Below, piece after piece: positions 55,801-64,000 of a stretch of DNA of 64,000 nucleotides. The notes below the pieces were generated by a model, which saw only the letters and a list, made by a program, of their open reading frames with translations, did not search any database and was not told the origin of the DNA. Origin of the DNA: Tubulanus polymorphus (taxonomy: Eukaryota > Animalia > Nemertea); contig NC_134026.1 in the NCBI RefSeq assembly GCF_964204645.1, positions 27,190,150 through 27,254,149 on the forward strand, given 5' to 3'. Every line of letters begins with the position of its first letter. Positions within the stretch are counted from its first letter, which is position 1. The position numbers were made by a program, and so were the translations under genes.

Positions 55801-58800
55801 GGCTGATAAAGAAAGGAGGCTTTGTGAGTACAAATAACGTCAGCACAAGAAAAATGTATTGTAGATATTGCGTGATAATACGTGCCCACGTCATGTCACC
55901 TTAACGTTCACTGTAGAAATAAACACGCTGAATGATGATTATTTTGCTTCTGTGACCTTTATCAACGATTACAACTTCAAACGTAAAAGAATTCTGCCAA
56001 CATAAATGGAAAACATCAAAAGGTCCAAAATGTATGTAAACATACTATAAATTATGTGTATGTCACCCGGTAGCTGTACACTGCACGCCATACTGTTGTT
56101 TTTTCACATTTTTGAGTGGAAAGTATGCAAGAACCCGTCGCAGAACGCTGCGTGGATAAAATCCAATGGTTTGAAATCCAGGCACAGCCCCCTGCCCATT
56201 ATAATGATACCAAAGGGGAGGCATGTATCATGTCGTACATATTTCAGGGTGTTTCCCCCTTCTAATTCCCAAAAATATCACCGAATCAGGTAGGCCAACG
56301 CTTTGATTGTAGAAATACGACATGTTGTAAGTGAAAGGGGGTGCAATCTTGTTACTTCTGGAAAATTATGATTTGTTTATTGGGTATCGATATCGGCAAC
56401 ATGTCTATCTGTGTTTGTTGTACAGCTTTGAATATTGGTATCGCTTCTGAACAAATCATACATGAATACTTCAAGTCCCAGAACTTGAAATAATCGGTAA
56501 ATCAATTTTGCTCACACTTGCCAACTTTTCATTAACTGCGAAACTTTGTTCGTGAGTTATGAATTTATAATTTCAAATATATTGACATTTAATTCAGAGA
56601 TGATGGGAGAATTAATTATCCCATCCTCTTGAGAAATCTCATCTTTAATGTATTATGGTCTACTAGTCAAGTATGTCGCAGTTCTTACAAATATCGACTC
56701 ACTTGAATACAACTGACACTTTATCCTTAACAGCCAGGCACCACTCAGATGTACTTCATATCTTTAGAGACCCTTTTTAGAAGAAAGTTACGTTCTTTTT
56801 CTTCAATCTTCGTCGTTCCGATCTGGCAGTTTTGGTCATTAATAGTTGATTTATATCGCGAGAATTTGCGTCAATCTTGGCCCTCGTGAAATACAAATCT
56901 TAACAAAATCTCACGCAACCGGATATTGGTATCTTTGAAATCTGAAATTGGAAGATAATATTTTCGAAATAGTTCGATAATTTTTTCGATGAAGTCGGGA
57001 ATGCGATGACTCATCGCATATCATCAGAAGCAGGCGGGAAAGTTTCAAAGAAGTGTCTATTGGGAATTATCCTTGTCAATATGTACTGCGTTGCAGCACC
57101 AGACAACCCTTTTTTTACCAACAAATAGTCGTTAGCTTGTTGTCCATACATCCCACTGGTGACTTTCAGCAAGTGAATTCAAATCTATTGACTGGGTACC
57201 ATGGGAACTTTCTGTATGAATACTAATATATTTGGCACTGATAACTGTTTCAAACTAGTCTCGACGTCTTGCTCATTTAGAAGAGATCGAAGGCTCCGCC
57301 ATTAGTAGGTATAGAGGTACGGAGACACTTGTAGAATAGAGGATTTATCATAGTTCATGACTAGGCTACTAATAAACAATCAATATCTTTACACGACGAT
57401 ATATAGTAAACCGATATCTTTCATGGAATGTTATGAGATCAATTTGCAAATAAATGATTTTTGAAGCCATAAGTACACAACAGTGCCTTCGCAATATGTG
57501 CGCTCCCCTATCACAAAAGCCTTTGTAGTGCGGGATTATCAACCACGGTTATTCATTACAAATTGAATGCGAAAAAACTACATTTTCCGTTATAAAGAAG
57601 AATTATCAACCTCTTATATAAGATTATTTTCAAAACATAATTCAAGATATTGTTTTGGTATTGGTAATACAGATTATTGTGGACCTCCACCCGATGTACC
57701 AAACGCAATGCACGACAGCAAACAAAGTAGCAGGTACATCATTGGTACAAGACTTCACTATACGTGTAACGAAGGGTTTTACGGCGATGGTTTTCACCAG
57801 GCGATGTGTATCGGCGAAGGAAAATGGGTCGGACCAAAATTAACTTGTTTACGTAAGTAATTTTTCATTTCGTAATCATTTTCAGCACTTTTTTCCGATG
57901 AAAAAGACGTCATGCCAATTAATAAAATTCTGTCTTGAGAACATATGGACTCTAAAATGTTTACGAAACATTGATGCAATTATGAATGAATGTGAAATGA
58001 TGATGTGAATCTAGCGCATGTCGAAAATGAGATTGCTTTTACCTGAGTTTTGTTTGTGTCAGATGCAAAAATGATTTATTTCCCCATATAATTAATGTGC
58101 ACTTGATAAGAGAGACGTGAGTTTATGAATAGGTTGATCTGGAGAATCGAAAATTTGTCATTTTGATAAATGTATTTACTCTAATCGTGTTTTCTTGAAA
58201 GCACACCGAGTGACGACACGTGTGAAAGTGTAATGATGACAGATTTCTTAGATTCGGGGAATACGATACAAATCAAACGTCGCTGCGGTAACGTCACATC
58301 GCAACCATGTCATTTTGATTCGTTTCATTTTGTAACGCACGATAGAAAAATGTGTTTACATTTTATGTATCCCATGGGCATCTATTTCTACCAAAGATCA
58401 CAAATACATTTCATGCAATTCAATTCATATTGGAATAATTGGCTGAAATGCATAACAATTTCATCACTTATCGTTTTACATTTTATATAGCGAGTGCCTT
58501 GCGAATAGATTTCTTCTCATCTATTTGTGTATATGTGTGATCAATTTCAGCCGAAGAACAAGAACCGATAGTAACAAAAGGTGAAATAAACATAATATCA
58601 TACCTCGCATAAAATGCATGTTTGTCCTCTGAATGCAATTATGTCGAATTAATCAATTTACCGAAAAAATCTTTCGATGTTTTTTACTTTAAATTTTGGC
58701 GAAAAAACTGGATGTTCATCATTTTAACACGGAATGTTTCATTTCATACGCACACGATTATTTCCAATTTTGGTTCTACTCAAAAATGCACAGTTTCATT

Positions 58801-61800
58801 AACTTTGTCTTGGGGGATTGAAGAAGTTATATTCATGGTTGAATTCGATCATTTGACACTATCGTTACCCTTCATATATTTCGGCCTTTTGCCCGCTGTT
58901 GAGCCGAGTCGTTTGCGTATCGTCTGCATGACCAGTTCTCCGGTTTCTACACGAGATAGATCGATCATTGGTAATCCCACAGTGGTATCAGTCTGATCTT
59001 ATCAATAAAACCTGATTTGGTATTGCCAGCGTACGTATCACACCAAATCAGCTCTGATGGAAACTCAGAAAAGGTTAATCAGCAAACAATGATGAATGCA
59101 TTAGATGCAAATTAACCCGTTCAAGAGGACAAGGTGGACATTACATCGAATTCGAATGCCGAGAGAGAACTGATAGAATAATTACATTTGATAATCAATA
59201 GGTTTGTGGAGGTCATATGTGACTAGTGCATCAATTTCAAATTACGAATTGGAATCTCTAATGCGTTAAATTAGATTCGATATATTCCAGGTTTTGGACT
59301 TCTGTAACTACCACGTTACATCATACAATTAGTATCAAATACTACTCTGCACCACTCTATTTTATTGGTATCCTGTTATAATTGTTAGACTTAAAATAAA
59401 AACCTCATGTTTTACGAATCGGTTCCTTATCAGAAAATCTTGACTGTTTTATTTCTGTGTAGCTCAACTCATTTTCAAACACGAGGAAAGATTTAATAGG
59501 AAATTGCTTCCGTAATAACGAGCGAGTGGAGTGTTTACTTTGATAAATGGGAATTGAGAACAGTGTGACTATAAGCTTTTACATGAAAATTTCCTTCGTT
59601 CAAGACAAAAAACCGTAACTGGATATTCGTAAAATGAGGCGCTATTCAGAGTAACATATAAGTACCAAATATATAATTCGTTAATGGTTAATTAATGTTT
59701 TACGTCTTACAAAGCCATTCAGCATTTTTCTTTTTCCATGTAAACCTGCTTCAAAATCGTTCCTCGGAGAAATTTATTAAATGTACATGCGCTACTGAAT
59801 GGTTTGTCTTGATGTTTCTCATTTATTTGAACATGAATGCCTTGTCAGGAAACATATATTCTCGTGGATACTTTACGGCGCCGCAAATCCCAATGGATTT
59901 ATCAGTCTTTTGTATAAATCTGATATGCCCGAGCTCCATGATGAAACTATCAAAGGGCAATGGTCTATTACAAGATATTGCTTGTCACAATGTTGATCCA
60001 CGTAATTTGTGCCCAAGAAAAAATCGTGATGTTTTGTTGCTTGAAAAACATGAATTTCTTTGGATGTACAGAACCACGTATAATCCCTATGATTAAGAAA
60101 ATCGTCTTTTGGGATTCTGTTTTTCCGCATGACATAACTACCACGAGTGTACAGGATATTGAAAAATTTCGTCGACATTCGCTTTAGTTTATTTGCAGTG
60201 AAATGTTATTTTGAATGTATTTTTCCTCGGGACATGAGGATATGTGATTTATTTTTCTAGCCAGAAGTTGTGGACATCCCGGTGACGTTGACAACGGGCG
60301 TCGTGTAGGAGACATATTCAGTTACCCGTATCGAGTTGTCTATTTCTGTGACACCGGCTATATTATCAGTGGACATAATTTTAGAGAATGCCAAGAAAAC
60401 GGAAAATGGTCTGGCAGCACACCAATTTGCAAAGGTATTCACAAAGACGCCTCTAGTGACTCATTGTCAAACCCCTTGTTAAAAGCAATTATTTGGAACG
60501 ACGACTGCGTTTTTCTGTTTCGTGGGGTTACTAACTAACAGACACAACTCATCATTTCGTGGTAGTATTTAATGATCTGACGAGTCAGCCTTAATGATGT
60601 TAGTATCGTAGCTCGTGGACTTCCTATACCAAATATAATTTCTATAGAGACTTTTGTCTCCCAATTATCATTAATACCTCTTCGTTCTGATATATACATT
60701 TGCTCCGAGTAAATTACGGGAGATATAATGAATACAATGATTCTGAAACAATGAGTTCAATAATGTTTCATACTTGATGAAAACATCGTTGGCATCATAA
60801 ACATTAGCCTTTCTATTAATTTGCACTCCATGTGTTGCTGTTTGGCTTTAAAATTTATTTTTGCCGATTGTTCTTACTGCTTTATATTTTCAACTAGCTA
60901 TACAATGTTCAAAACCTCAGCCTCCAATTAATGGAAAAGTCGTCGGCAAACTATTTACATATAATTCGGTTATATCGTACAATTGTAACCCCGGTTATCG
61001 TTTGGTTGGAGACAAACAGCGTCGATGTACGGAGGACGGAGTGTGGGATGGAAAAGATCCATTCTGTCAATGTAAGTATCATATTTCGCATCAAAAATGT
61101 TAACTTCTAGCATTTCTCGGGGCACATTTCAGAAAAAAACCGAATTTTATTCTTTTTTCAGTCACCCGACTTTCAGATTTTTTCGTATACGAGAATGCTC
61201 TTTGATAATAACGAAATGCACACTGACCGAGGGACCTTTCTAATTTATGTTCCGGTGCACTTATATATGAGTGTGTTATGCATGTCCATCTCTACAAATG
61301 GGGATTAATGTGATACATTTGGAAGTGCGCGTAAATCGATTTTTATTATCGTGGTCCAACTTAATATTATACCAAATTGGTTTATACGTTAACTCAATCC
61401 GCATAAACCACAAAGTAGACAGCTTATTACTGACAAATACGATTATTTGACCAGTAATTGATAAGTGGATGCATGGCCAGTTGCCACTTTTTACCTCATA
61501 ACCGGGAATCCTACACAGTATTTCACATAGAGAGAGGTATAAAGAATAAGTTAGACGATTCATTGATCGAATAAAAACACAATTCTTGATACGCTATGGA
61601 CATTCTCTTGTAAAACTAATAAAATGATATTCTATTCGAGTTGCGTAATGGCACATTTGTGTGTCGAATATTATATCAACATGTTTGCAAGGGAACACAG
61701 TGAAATATGCTGGGTGTTGTTCCCTTTATACCCCTCTTCAAGAAATCACAATCTAGGAACAAATCAGTTCGGCAGCAAAGATAAATGAAATCTCTCCACC

Positions 61801-63482
61801 ATCCATATAATCTCTATTAGATTATATCGTTCATGAAATTGATTAGTTAATGTTGCATCGTGACACGTCTGGCAAAATTCAGCTGATTTCCAATACGTAT
61901 CCATTAAATGAGTTACGGTACTGTCGTTCACAATGTTTAACGGGAAAAACTACGACGCACAATGCTCCGATGTAACGGTGCAAACAGCTTTTAAGGGGGA
62001 AACACACATAACTGTTACCCGTTACGACTATAGAATAAATAAAATGGAAATAGTTTTAGATCAGCATAATTTCGAATTTCATATCATTTGTTGCTGTTCT
62101 CGGCAACGGCAGCGAGTCGCCTTTCTGACTACATGATGTCTTCCCTTGAGGCCCCTCCATTCCAATTTTCATTGATTGACTTTTCATAAGGAATACAAAC
62201 CAAACGCAACCCTTAACTAGCGTCAGCCCTGAAACCCACATGTTGATTAACCTACAATACGGTTACATCAGTAATTTGTAATAGCGCATGCGAAGACCGC
62301 TCCCGGGAGCCAATCCAATATGTCCAGCGAATGCCCTTGTACATAGTTGATCCCGATACTAACGGTTATCAATTTGGTTTTATTTTGTCTCGAAAGCAAA
62401 TATACCGTTGTTTTTCAGTAATTGAATGTCCAATCCCCGATCCACTTTGGAATGGAATCATCGAAGGTGACCAAACGACGTACGGGTCCATAATTATATT
62501 CAGGTAATTCTTTCGCAGGCGAGAATGATGTCGATCGTATACATGAAATTCGAAAAGAATTCACTTGTAATTTACAGTTGCTACAAATCAATATATTCAT
62601 CGATATATTGGCGATGTATTTCTAATTATGTACAGATGTAACCCGGGGACCTTACGAGTTGGGGAATCACTATCAGCAACTTGTTTGGATAATGGGAAAT
62701 GGTCACACCCAACACCGCACTGTCACCGTAAGCAAATTAACTTTAAACAATAAACATACTCTTTAGACTTTGGATCCTCGTTTGCTTGTTTATAGCCGTT
62801 TCTTAAAAAGTCATGCGTTATCATTGAATTTTCAGGACCGTGTCAAGTCCCATATATAAGTAACGGAGAAGTATTGAACTATGCGCCAGGGTCATCTGTA
62901 GAACATGGTGTACGGGTTACTTTTACATGTCGCAGAGGACATCGACTTAATGTGACTGATACGTCCTGGTGCAGCAACGGCACATGGACCGTCGTTCCGC
63001 ACTGCGGACCATGTACGTTTTGGTTTAACCCCAATGGAGGTTATTAAAGTTAAATTAAACAACGATTTTTTGCACGGCAACGGAATCTATAAGACATCAC
63101 GAACCACAACACAGCACATAAATTGCTTAATCTAATCACATGTATATTTGGTAGATTTCCATTAAAACAATTGTGAACATGTTTGTATCAGATAGAATTA
63201 CTGACTTCTTCTATCATCTTCATATATTTACACTATATTGTACGGAGAGTTAAAATGACGCATTGGGTTGATTTTCACTCACGCAAATATCATTTTTTTT
63301 GTACGTAGCTCCTTGCAAAGAGAGGCCGCCGCTGATTCTCAACGGACTTGTTCGCTATCACAAATTACGCCATGGCCACCGGGCAAAATACAGCTGCAAT
63401 ACCGGTTACAAGCTGGTTGGAAGTGCAATTCTCACTTGCCAGTTCGGTAAATGGGCAGGGAACAAGCCGTACTGTGAACCAT
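46818..63482 (+). CDS. lev-9: LEV-9-like secreted WAP + sushi/CCP repeat protein; 5' part only, continues beyond the window
   Basis: Exons 46818-46908 (signal peptide), 47409-47564 (WAP-like: [28 protein letters not shown]), 55216-55398, 57673-57852, 60261-60434, 60898-61071, 62419-62503 + 62636-62727, 62836-63012, 63309-63482 (seven CCP modules, C..C..C..W..C), joined mostly by phase-1 introns. The last exon ends at a donor, so no stop lies in the window. WAP followed by tandem CCPs is the C. elegans LEV-9 / Drosophila Hasp architecture. Confidence 0.85.
54795..55020. repeat. (GGGAGA)n polypurine hexamer microsatellite, about 225 bp
   Basis: Near-perfect AGGGAG repeats with one GGGATA variant; source of the spurious poly-PL ORF. 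Confidence 0.97.
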
Positions 63483-64000
63483 GTGAGTTATAGACTTATT
63501 CGCTTTCAATTATATAATCGCCGTGAATGGTGACATTCCTTTATTTTTACACATGAAATGTGAAGATCCATACGAGATCCTCTTGTATGAATGAAACGAT
63601 GAAGTGTATGGACCATCTCATTGCTAGCACATTAAGGATCTCTGTATCATTTACTTGGCAGAGTTTCTAATCGTATAATCTTGGTTGATATAAGAATTGA
63701 CTGGGGGAATCTTATTAAATTGCGGCACTATTCGTACGGCAATCGAATACTGATTGCGCTCGACTATTCCGCTGCTGCGACGCCACTGTTTCCTGTAGTT
63801 ATAGCCCGTTGGCTTTAATTCAACTCATTCGCCATCAACGTCATGCGCGTCACGCGAAAGTTTCCCAATATAATTATGATTATTGTGTACTTGTCAGAAA
63901 TCTGATCTAAATGCATTTATCTTTTTTTTTAACTTTTTAAATTGAAAAAATTCATTTTTGGTGTCACCGCCATTTTCCTTTATAACTTTGCACTATGAAA

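Noticed and set aside
59695-60187. Cluster of overlapping ORFs; one (59960) has a signal-peptide-like start, [18 protein letters not shown]
   Set aside because: Intronic, no convincing phase-1 donor to join exon 60261, and no recognisable domain. Hydrophobic starts arise by chance in AT-rich DNA.

Overview
AT-rich animal genomic DNA with GT-AG introns, many of them about 75-130 bp. The gene content suggests a non-vertebrate bilaterian, probably spiralian; the species cannot be read from the sequence. I spliced six protein-coding genes by hand: (1) Src42A/FRK-type tyrosine kinase (+, 8 exons, 517 aa); (2) CCDC62-like coiled-coil protein (+, 12 exons, 531 aa); (3) SLC6 serotonin transporter SERT (-, 13 coding exons, 748 aa); (4) a 4-exon, 172-aa secreted, Cys-rich, strongly basic phospholipase A2-like protein (+) that the ORF track misses; (5) a 1962-aa low-complexity protein with a C-terminal MYND zinc finger (+), preceded by a 3-exon in-frame upstream ORF; (6) the 5' part of a LEV-9-like WAP + sushi/CCP protein (+) running off the right end. 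MITE-like elements, a LINE remnant, microsatellites and hairpins are also present. There are no prokaryotic features, CRISPR arrays, or supportable rRNA/tRNA genes. The best novelty candidates are the atypical PLA2-like gene and the uORF/alternative-exon architecture of the MYND gene. All family assignments come from recognised motifs, not database searches.
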